A DNA stretch of 63,841 nt, filler included, from Reticulomyxa filosa (lineage: Eukaryota > Protista > Foraminifera): NCBI GenBank assembly GCA_000512085.1. It is 16 parts of 16 records of this genome, joined end to end, with 100 filler letters (N's around TTAATTAATTAA, not from the genome) between each part and the next. Parts side by side here need not be neighbours in the genome. Positions count along the whole stretch, not along the records: positions 36,312 to 42,786 come from ASPP01001959.1; positions 42,887 to 52,700 come from ASPP01000699.1; 14 more parts are not named here. One strand, 5' to 3'. Every line of letters starts with the position of its first letter. Positions within the stretch are counted from its first letter, which is position 1. The notes beneath the pieces were generated by a model, which saw nothing but the letters and a program-made list of their open reading frames with translations, had not been told where the DNA came from and searched no databases. This document shows, one piece after another, positions 38,300 through 51,559 of this stretch. The position numbers and the translations under genes are program-made.

Positions 38300-40270
38300 G
38301 AAAAAGAGAAAGACAAAGAAAAATCACAAAAGAAAAAGAAGAAACAAATGAAATGTGTTTTGTACAATCCACAGTACGAAACTGAACAACAATAAAGAAG
38401 AAAACAAGAAATGGAAGATTAATAGATCAATAAATTTGTGCTCCTGAAAAATGTCTCTCCAAGTGAAAGCGAAAAAGAAATCACAGAAGCATTGACAGAA
38501 CTTGGATTTAAAGTGGAGATATTTAGATATTCAAAGGTCTTCCAATTTGGAACATCAAATGATGTTAGAATATCATTGCAGGACAAAGAATTAAGAATTG
38601 GATACAGACTGGCGACTTGCGAATTATTTAACAATACAAGAGCATAGATCACATTTCATCCAATGCAAGAAGTGCTTTGGATTGAATCACTTCGCAAATG
38701 ATTGTTCCAGAAGACAGTATTGCAAGTATTATGGAACGAAGAATCATAAGTCTGAAGATTTCCATCACAGAACAAAGCGTGAGTGATTCAGCGATAAGTA
38801 CGAGAAAAGATTGGAATTCACTTATCAAGAATAGAGAAAGTGGTTATTTTGAAGAAAGAGAAGAAAAGTGAAAATAAATCAAGTCAAATCAATTCGCACA
38901 ATGCGTGGAACCAGAAAGCAGAACAACAAAAAAAGAACAAGAAACAAAAACATCAAAGGTCGAGATCAAAAAGTCCAAGAAATTGATCAAGACAGCTGCC
39001 CAGGTCAAAGAAAATCGATTATGTTTTGCATTTTCTACAGAAACTTGCAGAAAACATTTGTAAGATATGATCGATCGTCCCAAGAAGAAGATCAAATTAT
39101 TCCAGCAATTGTCTGCTTCGATTTGAACTTGTTCGAGAAAGAATTGGCAGCAGCGATGAAAATCACAAAGCACATTGTAATTGGTTGTGATTGGGATGCT
39201 AACTCAGCATGGTTGGATGAAAACATCGATGAAATTGGTGAATACATTGTGTATTTCATCAACAACAATTTGAATATATTAAATTCCAATCCATTCAATC
39301 ACACATTCGATGATAAAAGATTATCATTGTCATCTATTGATACAACACTGTGTTTGCATTGGTTGATTCTCATAACAGTAAAGTGGCAAAGACAGATAAT
39401 GAAAAAGCAGAATTACTGGTGTCATGGTTTACTCACCCTCCAAAATCACCAGACTATTCTGAAGAAACGAAAGAACATCATAAATTTGTAGAATATGATA
39501 TTGAATCAGTGATTGAAATGAAAATAGAAACTAATTGAGTATTATGGTGTATTTGAGTGGCATCAAAGTCAAATCACATAAGACGAAGTAATCAAAACAA
39601 TGAGACACATTTCATTTCACAAAGCACAAGGATCGGACAACATTCACAATCAAATGATCAAGAATTGTGGACAATCAATGATTGATTCTGTTATTGTTAT
39701 TTAATTGGACACATGCCAAAATCATGGAAGACTGCAAACAATTCCAAAACGATCGAGATCACAGCATTTGCGAGAATTATAAACATATTGCATTGCTATC
39801 TGTAGTTGGGAAATTATTGGAAAGGATTGTGACAATGATATTGATATGGTATTTGAATGAACACCAGATGTTGCAAAACACATCTGAGTTGTTATTGAGA
39901 TTATCATAGTCTATTCATTCATCATTCGATAATAATGTAATATTACATGAAGTGCTTCTTGACATTTCATCATCATATGACATTGTGTGTAGAGATAGAT
40001 TGAGACATGAATTTAATTTGAAAGGGAGAATGTATAGTTTCCTCAAACAGTACAGAACAAGCCGTATTGAATGGAAATAATTCCAGCATCCAAAAGTACC
40101 TCAAGAATCATCATTATCACCATTATTATTTCTATTGTATATCAATGACATCAATCAAGCAGTTCAAAATCCAATCCAGTGTGGAATGTTTGCATATGAT
40201 ATGGCATTATGAACAACATGAAGAAATACCCAAAGATGAACTGAAATTGAATGAAAATGATCTGTAAAGA
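38300..40270 (+). mobile_element. Decayed non-LTR retrotransposon (ORF1 with CCHC knuckles, APE endonuclease, RT)
   Basis: QCKKCFGLNHFANDC..RQYCKY.G...H; HIVIGCDW.A, SSIDTTL; KAQGSDNIHNQMIK, NYKHIALLSVVGKLLERIV, LLDISSSYD, VPQESSLSPLLFLLYINDI, MFAYD; many stops and frameshifts. Confidence 0.85.
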
Positions 40271-40289
40271 ATAGATTTAAGCCACCCAA

Positions 40290-41240
40290 TGATCTTGCAA
40301 ATTGCAATCTTTGGAAAAAAGCACATGCATATTTGAACGATTGTCTGATAATTGTCTTGTATATTTCCAAACTTAGTCAAATTCCTTTGTACGAATAGAT
40401 AAATATTAGATATCCAAGTTTTATCACTGCATTGCCTAAATTAATTTGTATGTCATGTTGGAATCCTAAATACTTGACATAATTAGCATTTCGAACGTCA
40501 ATTCTATTCAGTTGAAATTTTATTCGTGGATACGTCTTCTTATTTTTCATCTTGAAAGAGATTAATTGTATCTTTGTCTAGAGCTAATAACAATTTCCAT
40601 TTAGATGCCCATAAACTCACTTGTATAAATAGACATCAACAATTGTCAGCGAGTATCCCACATTGAATTGGATCTTTAACTGACTATGCAATAGAAGGGA
40701 CAACAGTGGTGACAATGATGATCATTGTGATAATCCTGTTTCAAATTGTCTAATTCTTGAAGTGGTTCCATTAAGAATTACTTGCCGCTATGTATCTAAG
40801 GAGTCTATTCAACCACCAATACATTCTCTATCATATGCTGAAGAGATATCTAATAATACTGCATATGTATTGAATTCTTGTTAAATGTTGCATATATGAA
40901 TAATGAATTGTCATCATTTAAATATCACATCAATCTTATTGTGATAATTCTTTCTAATAATTTTCCAACTCCAGTTGGCAATACAATTGGTATGTAATTC
41001 TTACAAATTCTATGGTCTTGATGTAGTTTTAGAATAGAAACTATATTTGCTTTTTTCCATAATCTTGGATATAGCCAATCTTGTAACTCCAGTCGAACAG
41101 GAATAACATGAATAAATCATTTTTTGTATTAAATTCTTCAGCATTTGATTATGAATTTTGTCTGAGTATTGTGCTTTGTGCGCCGAAATATGTCGTAGTG
41201 ATTTAATTACTGGTATCTCATCGATGTGGTATTCAATGTG
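40290..41240 (-). mobile_element. Second decayed LINE RT fragment, opposite orientation
   Basis: HKAQYSDKIHNQMLKN, NYIPIVLPTGVGKLLERII, YAVLLDISSAYD, SSLSPLL, KWKLLL, VKYLG on the minus strand. Confidence 0.8.
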
Positions 41241-41337
41241 AAATATCAATTTTTTTTTTAAAGCTTTTACACTGGTTGTGAAAGGTGGTTGACTACTTGT
41301 TGTTTTCGTAATTCACTTATTCACTGATTTTGCGCAC

Positions 41338-41960
41338 TTACTCTGAACCACAAACGTGAAAACAAAAGTAAGTTAAACATCTGGACCAAAATAGATCATG
41401 CATCAATAAAAGAAAACGAAAGATAATTAAAATTGTCAAAAAAATCAAAAGTTGTTTCAAAATTGCCACAAAAATGTTACAATGAACTTTAAAAGTTCCT
41501 TTGACTACTTTTGGTCTTGTTTCAGGTTCACATGTTATGTCTCCAACAACCAAAATTCTCAAGTTCGATGTCTTGAATTCGAAATACATCAACAATGACT
41601 TTACTGCTGATCGCCATAAATCTCTAAGTCCTTAATAATGTGGACATTCAATTAGGAAACGCTCAACAATTTCTTCTTCACACCAACTTGCAATCTGGTG
41701 TGTATGATCTTTTAATTTTAAATATGAATCCTTCTATATACTTACAACTTGTAGAGTACGATCTTTTTGAATGATGTACTTCAATCAAATTACACATGAA
41801 TTGTTTCAGCAATTCATTTCATTCATTCATCCATTGGCATTCATGAATGCAGCAATCTTATCAGATCTTCTATACAGTAAATCACAATTATTTGAAAGCA
41901 ATTCTCATATGAAAAAAATAATAAAACATATAGATGAGCAAGTCCCTATTATACAATCTC
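41338..41960 (-). mobile_element. Probable decayed 3' end of a LINE ORF2 (C-terminal CCHC-like region)
   Basis: WCEEEIVERFLIECPHY*GLR resembles the C..ET..HFL..CP.Y...R terminus of LINE ORF2. Confidence 0.45.
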
Positions 41961-42296
41961 AAATACTAATGGATTAAAACCTCTTCACAACACAACTCAC
42001 TTTTGTGTTTTCTTTCTTGTGTTGAAATTATTTTTATTAATTTAATTTCCTTTTACTGAAGTTGCTTTTTGGAACTAAATTCCTTTCATATTACACTTAG
42101 TCATCTCACTGTTCCTACATGAGTGTATGACAAGCAAAAGAGTCGGCCATATTAATAGTGTATGAATGTAGATCTCTATAGAAAAAATATTAAAAGATGA
42201 ATTTAAAGTGATAGTCAATTGGTATTATAATGGAAACAAATGAGGTTATTTTTCAGACATACAACAAAACTGACTAAAAAATAGCTTTATGAAAAC

Positions 42297-42480
42297 AAGA
42301 TCAAAGTATTTAAATGATCATCACAATCTCCTGATTTGAATCCAATCGAGAATCTTTGGACAGAAGTAGGTAGAAGATTAAAGAAATACAACGAAGCAAG
42401 ACCTCTGAGAAAAGCTACAATATGTATGGAACAGCATATAATCAAAGTTTTGCCTAAAACTAATAAATACAATGCCAAAA
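42297..42480 (+). mobile_element. Tc1/mariner transposase relic (C-terminal part of the DDE domain)
   Basis: KIKVFK*SSQSPDLNPIENLW matches the Tc1 WPxxSPDLNPIENxW motif. Confidence 0.8.
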
Positions 42481-44375
42481 AGGATAAAAGATGTTTATAA
42501 TGCAAAAGGACCTAATCTTCGGTAAAAGTTCAAACAATTTCATCAAAATAAACAAATTTAAAAAATAATTAAATTATACAGTAGTTTGCAAAACGATAAT
42601 TCATTTTTAACAAAAAATTATGCAAAAATGCTAATTTTTCATGGAGAAAATCAAATTGATGTTTTAATAATTTTTTTTCAAGATTATCAAAGAAGTAAAT
42701 ATGTTATATATATATATATATGAATTTTTTAAAACGATGTTCATTTTTCACTTACAATGAATATATTGATATATTTGGAAATCTTANNNNNNNNNNNNNN
42801 NNNNNNNNNNNNNNNNNNNNNNNNNNNNNNTTAATTAATTAANNNNNNNNNNNNNNNNNNNNNNNNNNNNNNNNNNNNNNNNNNNNAAGGTGGCATTTTC
42901 GGTGTTCAGTTTTTTTTGCAACTTACTGTACTAATAGATCACAATAATATGCTATCTTTCTTCCAAAAAAAAAAACTGTCAGAAAAACTTCTCGGGCCTT
43001 TCACTAATTGTCGTTCAAGCAAATTTCTGCCAATATAATGAATCGTTTGATTTATTTGAATGATATAAAATCAGAAAAAGTGAATAGACAGGCACAAGAA
43101 TTAGAAAAAATTTGCTATTTTATTATTGTTTAATAACAAAAATAAATGTTATTTTGGCAAATAATGTGACTTTCTGACTAGCCCGTAACAGATGCACTAG
43201 CACAAAAAGACAAAAACTGTTACAAAATATATTTATCAAAACAAAATAATTATTATTCAAAAGCTTTTGTAATCACAACAATTGCGCGTTATCTGGTCTT
43301 GCACACGTATAATTTTATTTATTTAAATAACTTTTTCAACATACTTTTTTATTATAGAAATTCGAGTTTGTGTTTTGAGCATGATTGGAAGAAAAAAAAA
43401 AAAAACACGCTACATATAATTTGAGCTTCCTTTTGTAACGGAAGTTTCGAATTTGCATTTGTCTGCATGTTCGTCAAGCAAGGTAACCGACTTGTAATAC
43501 AAATTAAAAATTTTTTGGATTAGTACAATTCGGTACTAAAACGCAAAATCAATATAAAAATGCTTTTCAGATTAAAATCTACAACGTTATTTCTTAAGTA
43601 ATATATTATTGGCACAAATATGTCAACAGTGACAATATTTGAAAAAAAGGTCAATTTATGAATTGAAAATTTCTCAATTTTTATCGAGTGTTTGAAAGAT
43701 AACGCCTATTTACCATTATTGCCACAAGCTTTTTATTTTTTACTTATACGCTGTCCAATAGTTCAATAATTTATTAAATATTGATGTGTTTTTCGACTAC
43801 GACGTAATTAATTCACATGTTTTGATTAAACAGTGCTATCACAATTCGATATTTTTTCTAATTAAACTTTTCGGATTTTATTTTCTTACAATTATTTTAA
43901 TTTTTTTGTTTTCACAATCTGCTATGAATATACATTTGCATAATTTTATATCTAAACCATTATTAATCTATTTGCTAACAATTCATATACGTAACTCTTT
44001 GCTAATTCACAATTTTAAAAATATTTTTTAGTTTATACGTTTTAGGAACTTTCAATTTTCATTTTCGGTTTCATATTTGATTTTGTACCCACGTTTGCGT
44101 TTTAAGTGTTGTTTATTTATTTTCAACATAACTTTTGTCATTTTGAAGCGCTAAAAAAAATGTTGAAGATACGAGACAAACCGTAGATGTTTTTTTTATG
44201 TGAGTAATAAGTAACAAGAAAAAAAAATTTGTCAAATGGAAGGATCTGGAAAATTGTCCTTAAAACTTTTACTCGACGGCTCAACTCAATTTTCTCTCCT
44301 TTCCCGTCCCTTTTTTAAATCGCTCTCCCTTCTACAAAAAAAAAAAAAATATGCCACCATCAAAGAGAGGAAAAA

Positions 44376-47300
44376 TCAAACACTACTGTAAGAAACTTGA
44401 TCACCTTGCCTAGTTCTCCATGTTTCAAAATTATCTTTCATACAAACTTGTGTAATTCTGCATACTGGATGTTTAGTTTGTTTTCCAACACAATTCTTCA
44501 TGGAACTGGCCATCCAAAATCCAAAAGCATCATGATCATGTTGCGTCTCAGCATCAGCTCCAGTATGGAGTGTGTCTTCCGTTCCAAGTTCCTCTCTTCT
44601 CCACTTTTCATAAAAGTGCACCATGGCGAAGCCAGCCGCGCTCAAGCAAGCCAACGTGTAAAATACAAAATTTCCAATACGATACCAATCGCGCTTGGTG
44701 TTATGACTTTCAGACAATTTGTGTGCATTCAAGTCCCATCCCAAAATAAACATCCATTGGACAGCAATGGGTGCACAGATACGAAGGTACGCAATAAAAG
44801 TGGACAACAGGATTTGAATCGTCAATTTACTTTCCAGGTTTGCCAATCTTTGCATATACATATATATACATATGTGTATATATGTATATGTATGTAAATA
44901 AGGTATATAAGCTCCCTCCCCTCCCACCCTTCTTCTCTCGGTATAGTTTCAACTGTTGAGGCGTTTCGACATTTTGGGCATGTGAAGAGCTGGAGAAATC
45001 TCTGAACAATTGAATGATGTGATAGGGCACGACGGTGGACAAGAAGCCCATAGTAATGGCGAGGACAATTCCCAAAAAGATCCAAGAAGAGGGGCTCCTC
45101 TTGGCGTGGTGGATGTGTGAAGAGTTGATTCCCCAAGGAATGATCACTCCATAAATGCATCCAACAACAGCAAATGCAATTTTCAACGCGCGTGCAGGTG
45201 GGTTATAAAAGTGGTTGGTCCAATCGTCTCCCATTTGTAATCGATACCAACGATGCCACATTATCAGTACCGACGCTTTTTTTTTTTTTTTTAACATAAG
45301 CATATTACAATATATAAACATATACCTAAATATATACATACATATATACATGTATATATGTATATATGTACGAAACTGGTGCCATAAAAAGTATAAAACA
45401 GGCCCACATAGGTTGGCGTCCATCCCATTCCTCCATCGGTATTTGGAATCGCGGAAAAAGTGGGAAACAGGATGTCGAAGGCGAAGAACAAAAGAAAAGC
45501 GTTCAAAGCGGCAAAGAACAATACGAGGAAGAGTTTGGAGTTCATGTAGACCACCATCAGTTTAAGCAGACTGTCATCGAGCACATTTTCCTCCAAGGAC
45601 AAGTTTTCAAAGTACCCTCCTGCCAACAGCGGGAAGTAGTTCGACAGCAGACGTGCTTTGGCACTATTGCCATTGGCGGGCTGTGGAACCGAGCTGCTTT
45701 CAATTGTCACGACGCGCGCGTCTTCAATCGGCGTAAACTCTTCCTCTTTTGGTGCCGGCTGGTCCACATTCTTCTTCTTTTCGCTTACATTCACAATTTC
45801 GTCGTCTTCTTCCTCGTCGTCTGATATCGTGAATCGCGGTCCATTGTCTAGGTCACAGTTGCGTTCCAAGTTGTTCACAACAGTATACGTGCATTGTATA
45901 TACATATATACATACATGTAACATAAATAGGTAAATCAATCAATAAATAAGTGAATAAACAAATATAAATAAATACATATATAAATATATGTATTTGTTT
46001 AAATTTTGCAAATGTACAGACTTGAAGCAGGGATTAAGGGCTGCTTTTCATCGGTTTCGTCCGTTGAAGCGCGGGCAGAGGGATCTTTGATGGTAGAATA
46101 GGCTGTCGGGGACGAAAGCAAAGGCTGCGTCACGCTGAGGGTATTAGCCACGTGATTGGTGGTCGTGGATTTGGCACCCATGTCGGCGTCGGCGTCGGCG
46201 TCAACACCGGCGCTAAGGATGGACTGGACGACGTCAGTGAGCTCCACGTCTTTGGTGTGTTCAGCGACAATGCGGTGCACCGCCGCCAGTCCGCACATGG
46301 ACAAAATGATCAACAGTACAAATGCGCCGCTCACGCCAGACGCACCAAATCGCTCACTGTTGTAAAACGACCCTATCAATCCTGCAAACACAATGCCGCA
46401 TCCTTGCGCCGTTTGCAAAAACCACAGCATTTTGTGCTTGTTGCTGTTCTCAAATATACCCAACCAATTATCGCTTTCACTCAATTCCATGTACGTTGGG
46501 TTTTCGTGCAAACAACCAAAGATGTTGCCTTTTCCATTTTATTATTATTATTATTATTATTATTAGGTTTTAATTGTTTTTTTTTTTTCAAAAAAAAAAA
46601 AAAATTACAATTAAACCAAGCTGTCACTCTTTCAAACTTCAAAAAAAAAAGTTTAAATCCCCCTCCCTTCCCCGTTTTTGGACCCCTTTTCCCTTTTTTT
46701 TGCTTGCGATGCAATTATGTTGTCAATTTTTATTTTGGTTGGTTAACTCCACATTGAACCAAAAGCGCCCATTACGCCAAATGCGGCTATGCAATGGATC
46801 AGTGAGGTCGAAAACATTAACATGATTAGAGATATTATTGTCGTGGTTAGATCTAGTAATTCAACAAACAATATATACATACATATACATATATGTTATA
46901 GGTTCATATAATATTAAATGTCAGTTTAAATAATGAAGTGGTAACATAATGACACCAAATGCACTTTTGTTTTGTCTTTTATTTTTTTTTCTATTCCTTC
47001 CTCCTTCATACACACACAACACTTTTTTTCTCTCAACTGATCATGAGCGCAATTCTTCGCCCGTGCTTGGCTGTAATTTGCTTTGACAGACCATTCCCTA
47101 AAACCAGCCCCAAAGGATAGCTCATCAGGAAAAATGCTACATAAATGTTTTCTGAGGACGTCTTGGCGTGCAGTGTTGAGTGAAGAATGAACGGGGCATA
47201 GCTTGTTTTTTTATTATATGCTTTTTTTTTTTTTGTTGCTGGGGTTCACTTTCGCTCCCTTTTCTCTCTCTCTTTGCTACAAAATTCAAGATACATTATG

Positions 47301-47514
47301 GTTTGGAAGACAACAAGCGTCTCAAGAAATGATAAAAACACCAAAACAGAAAAAATCTTGTGCATGTTTTGAATACTTCCACAACCCAAGGAGATTTTTT
47401 TTCCTCGGAATCTCGCTCAGCTCAAGACCCTTTGTACTGGGACTAGTAGTGTGTCGTTCTACTTAAAATAAAACTGTTCTCCAAAGAAGATTTAAATCCT
47501 GCCAATTTAAACAT
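44376..47514 (-). CDS. Major facilitator superfamily transporter, multi-exon; 5' end approximate
   Basis: An exon at ~47040-47190 reads YPLGLVLGNGLSKQITAKHGRRIALMI (MFS motif A-like). Many TM segments, a long central hydrophilic loop, and AIPNTDGGMGWTPTYVG similar to ZIFL/DHA-type P..xGGLG loops. Confidence 0.65.
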
Positions 47515-48782
47515 TTTTTTGCGTATTAGCTGCAATAGAATATTTTAAATGAAGCAAACGTATTAAGCTTTTTGATTTTTTATATTATATAATGTATAAA
47601 ATAACTAAATTTCTTTGAAGTTTGATGTTTTCATATAGTTGGAAAACTTAAAAACGCAATAATATATAACAAAATAAATACATTGACAAAACAAACAATT
47701 AAAAGAATACTAATACAAAGATGTAATTATTGAAAATAATTATATGTTGAAATGTTAACAACAAAAAAAAGTGCATAGCAAAATCATCGTGATGAGCCAA
47801 AACATTATAAGAGCAAATAAATAAAACAAATTGCAAAAACAAAAATCAAATCTTTTTTAACTTTTTTGATATTAGACTTACAACTATTTTGGCCACAAGA
47901 GAAAATAATTTGTAAAAAATGTGTAATCAATGTGCTTATATCTGAACCACCAAACATATTAATAGAATTAAATAAATTTTTGTTTTGCTAGATAATAATT
48001 ACTATTTTTAAAGAGATTTTTATAGCCACAATGTATTTGACATTTTTACGCATAAATTGAATCTTTTTGTCATATGTACTGCATAATTTTGAGTATTGTA
48101 AGCATTTGAAAATAGAAATGTTTCAAGCTTCTAAGTCAAATGTTTTTGCTGCAAAGGGCAGCAAATTATTGTTATTATATTTGTCTTGTTTTTGGACGTC
48201 TTTGGATTTTCATTTCCAAGGTGATCATTTTTAAGAACGAAACAAAAAATTTTTTTTTTTCTTAGGCTTCTAGAAACGAACAAAAGAAAGGATATCATTT
48301 TCATCAACAAAAAAAATAAATACACTTCAAATGCAGTAAATATTTTTTGTTTCGTAATATCGTTTGTGGGGTGTCTACTGTAGAGAGTTACACTAAACGT
48401 AATACGAAAAGATTTTATCGAATTGAGAGTGGCTTTCAGTAAAACAAAGTAAACTAAATAACTAAAATGAATAACTTAGTAAGTAAAAAGGAAAGACCAA
48501 AAACAAGAAGTGAAGAAGTTTGTGGAGAAGTTTAACCTAGAGTGAGCTCCTCAGCTTCATAAGAGTTCAGCCATGTATAATAGGGGCTTGCCCTACACAT
48601 TATTTCCCGTTTTGAGCTTTGCTGATTGCATACAATTCAAAGATTAATCTTGTTATTTGCAGAAAAAATCTTTGATCTGCGCGTCTTTTAGCACATTGCA
48701 AGCCAATTACTACGACAAGTATTTCATTAGTTAATTAAATTTGTCTATAATAAACTTTTTGAATTAAATCCATATCAATATA

Positions 48783-49500
48783 CAGTAGTTTGAAAAAAAA
48801 ACAGTACACCCAAAAAAAGGAGGCTTTTTTAGTATTTGAATTGTACATTTTTATTGAAAAGAGCTAAAGTCTAATAAGAAAGTAAAATCATTATGGGGAA
48901 GCAATGTGATGAGTTTACAAAGGGAATAGCTTTGCAAATGCTTTTAGATGGAAAGTATATGCGAAAAGTGGCAAAACAAGATTTAAATCAAATTGAAAAC
49001 ATTTGGTGGATTACTAAGTGTCGCACTTACAAAATGGACTATTTTCCATCAAAGAGGAGCTCTTTGAGGAGTTTAGCAAGCAATGGTACTAGATTAAAGG
49101 TGATTTGTGTGATATGCTTATTGCTTCAATGCATAAGCGCATTCATGTTTTGATAAAGGCAAATGGCGATGCTGCCATTACAAATAAAAGCTTCTTTTAA
49201 ATATAAGTGTAAACGCTTGTTAAATGGATTATTTTTCTTTACAGTTTGATATAGATTTAATAAAAAATGTTTATTAAAAAAAAAATTATACTGTAAAAGC
49301 AAGCTAAAAAAATTAAATGTATAGCCTTTCAAATAAATGCAAGATATAAAATAGTACAACATAGAGTAAAGATAGTATGTGATTTGTTCTATGTATATAC
49401 AAAATTATTTTACTTTAGCTCTTTTCAATAAAAAATACAAGATTCAAATTATCATATGAACAAATCCAATACTAAGTGGTTCTTTTGTTTTCTCAAATAA
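48783..49500 (+). mobile_element. Internally deleted Tc1-like element
   Basis: Starts TA|CAGTAGTTTG. The ORF fuses an HTH-like start (MGKQ...GKYMRKVAK) directly to DLNQIENIW. TTTTTATTGAAAAGAGCTAAAGT (48848) is inverted at 49412 (ACTTTAGCTCTTTTCAATAAAAA). Confidence 0.7.
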
Positions 49501-50027
49501 GCTTATTCCGATGATATGTCTAATTTGTTTTGTTTATTGCTTTGTTAAAAAAAAGTTATATTTTATTATCTTTGAAAACACAAAAGTTAGAAGCTCTTTT
49601 AAACTTTTTGTATATGCAAAAAATTTGTTCGAATGTATAATATTTTTCAATTGATAAATTAGAATTTTTCATAACAGAATCGGTGCTCAAAAGTAATTCT
49701 AACTACTTTCAAACATATTGTCCAAAGGATTAATGAAAATAGCTGTAATTCTTGCCAAAAAATCGTAAACTTCCATTGTGTTGCTTTCGCAGTTTTTTAA
49801 AATTGATTGTTGGGCATATGATTTTTAGGTGTTAATGTACTTGAAATAAAATAGTTTTTTAAGCTTTAAATGGAAATCTATTATGCCTGTACTAAGTAGT
49901 AATCAATAAATTTCTTGTAGAATTGTTTTTGCTTCGTTACAGGTAACACCAAAAAAACTGCAAAAGAGGCGAGACAAAAACTTGGTTAGCAAAAAAAGAT
50001 CTTGTGTTTTTTGATTTTGGAAAAAAA

Positions 50028-51559
50028 ATGATTAAAACACGTTCAATGAGGAAAAGAGAGGAAGAAATGCGCCAATGTTTACCTGAGTGTTCCATTTCCT
50101 CAGTTCCAGTTTGGCAGAAATCTAGCTTTTGGGGAAATCTCTCGTTGTTCTTCAATCCTTTGTGAGGATGGTTGTATCCAATAGACCGAGATAAAAGAAC
50201 CTCCGAAAAGACGTCGTCGGTTACACAATGGCGCACCTTTGTCAGTATGCGAAGAGGAACAAAGCAATACTAAACCGGATAACAATGATGTGCAGCAATC
50301 GAGCAAAAAGTCGAAGCCGAAACGAGCATCGACAAAAGATAAAACAAAAGCAAAAAAGGCTAAAACTAAAACTAAAAGCAAAATCAAAGCCAAAGCTAAA
50401 ACTAAGGTCAAAACCAAAGCCAAGGCAAAAAAAACCAGGTCACAAACAGTGCTGACGAAGAAAAGTGGTGCTTCTAGCGAAAAGAAAACTCCGAAGCGTG
50501 TTCGGGCCAAAACGAGTATTAAAAAACAAAACACAACAAAGAAAAAAATGCAAAAGCGGCACGTCTGCAGAAGAGCGAATGAACCAATTGAAATTTATGG
50601 AGAGATTGATTTTGGAGGAAAATCTTTACAAATACACGATTGGAGTGGACGAAGCGGGAAGAGGTCCTTTAGCTGGACCAGGTAGATATTTCCAATTTTC
50701 TTGAGGATGAATGTTGTCTTTCGGAGGAGGGAGGGAAGAAAAAAAAAACAAAACAAAAAAAAGATCCACTCCCTCCTTTTTTTTTAACACTTGAAAAAAG
50801 AAAGAGTCAGTGGTTTGTGAATAGTGGTGGTCGCGGCATGTTATATTCCTGTGCATGTTTGCATTGATGGGATCAACGACAGCAAGGTGTTAAGCGAAGC
50901 ACAAAGAGAAGACATTTTCAAACAGCTGACAATTCACCCGGACGTAGTTTATTCCGTAGTCGCAATTGATAATCGATGCATTGACGAAGTGAACATCTTG
51001 CAAGCTACCTTGAAAGGTAATCCTTTTATACGTATTTTTTTATATCTACGTCGATATGTTTTGAAAGCGGGAGCGAATGTGCGTATACGTATTTTGCAAA
51101 AATTTTTTGTTTTTCCTTTTCAAATTGCAAATGATAGGTATGCGCGACAGTGTGACGGAGTTGATGGAGAAATTAAAAAAAAGTGACTCCTCACGAGAGA
51201 GTGGAAACGAGGAACACAAACACATGGCTGATGCTCCCATAACCGTGTTAGTTGATGGCAACAGAGATCCTTGTTATGAACAGAAAAATATTAAATGCCG
51301 TCTCGTGGTGAGAGGGGATGCACAGGTATATTGCATTGCAGCTGCGTCCATTATCGCAAAAGTGACCAGAGATCGCATGATGGTCGAGTATCACAAGAAA
51401 TGGCCACTCTATGGATTTGATCAACACAAGGGCTATCCGTCCCCTGCACACCAAAAAGCTGTTTGGAAATATGGTCCGTGCCCAATTCATCGACGATCTT
51501 TTAATCCTGTCAAAAAATATGTCGAAGAACATCCCGAAAGCGCTCCTTATGGTGACTGA
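50028..51559 (+). CDS. rnhB: Bacterial-type ribonuclease HII with a Lys-rich N-terminal extension; introns 50682-50824 and 51017-51137
   Basis: IGVDEAGRGPLAGP|VVVAA, GINDSKVLSE, IDEVNILQATL, VLVDGN, VRGDA...IAAASIIAKVTRDR, YGFDQHKGY...H, GPCPIHRRSF. The 5' part has frame breaks, so the start is uncertain. Confidence 0.9.
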
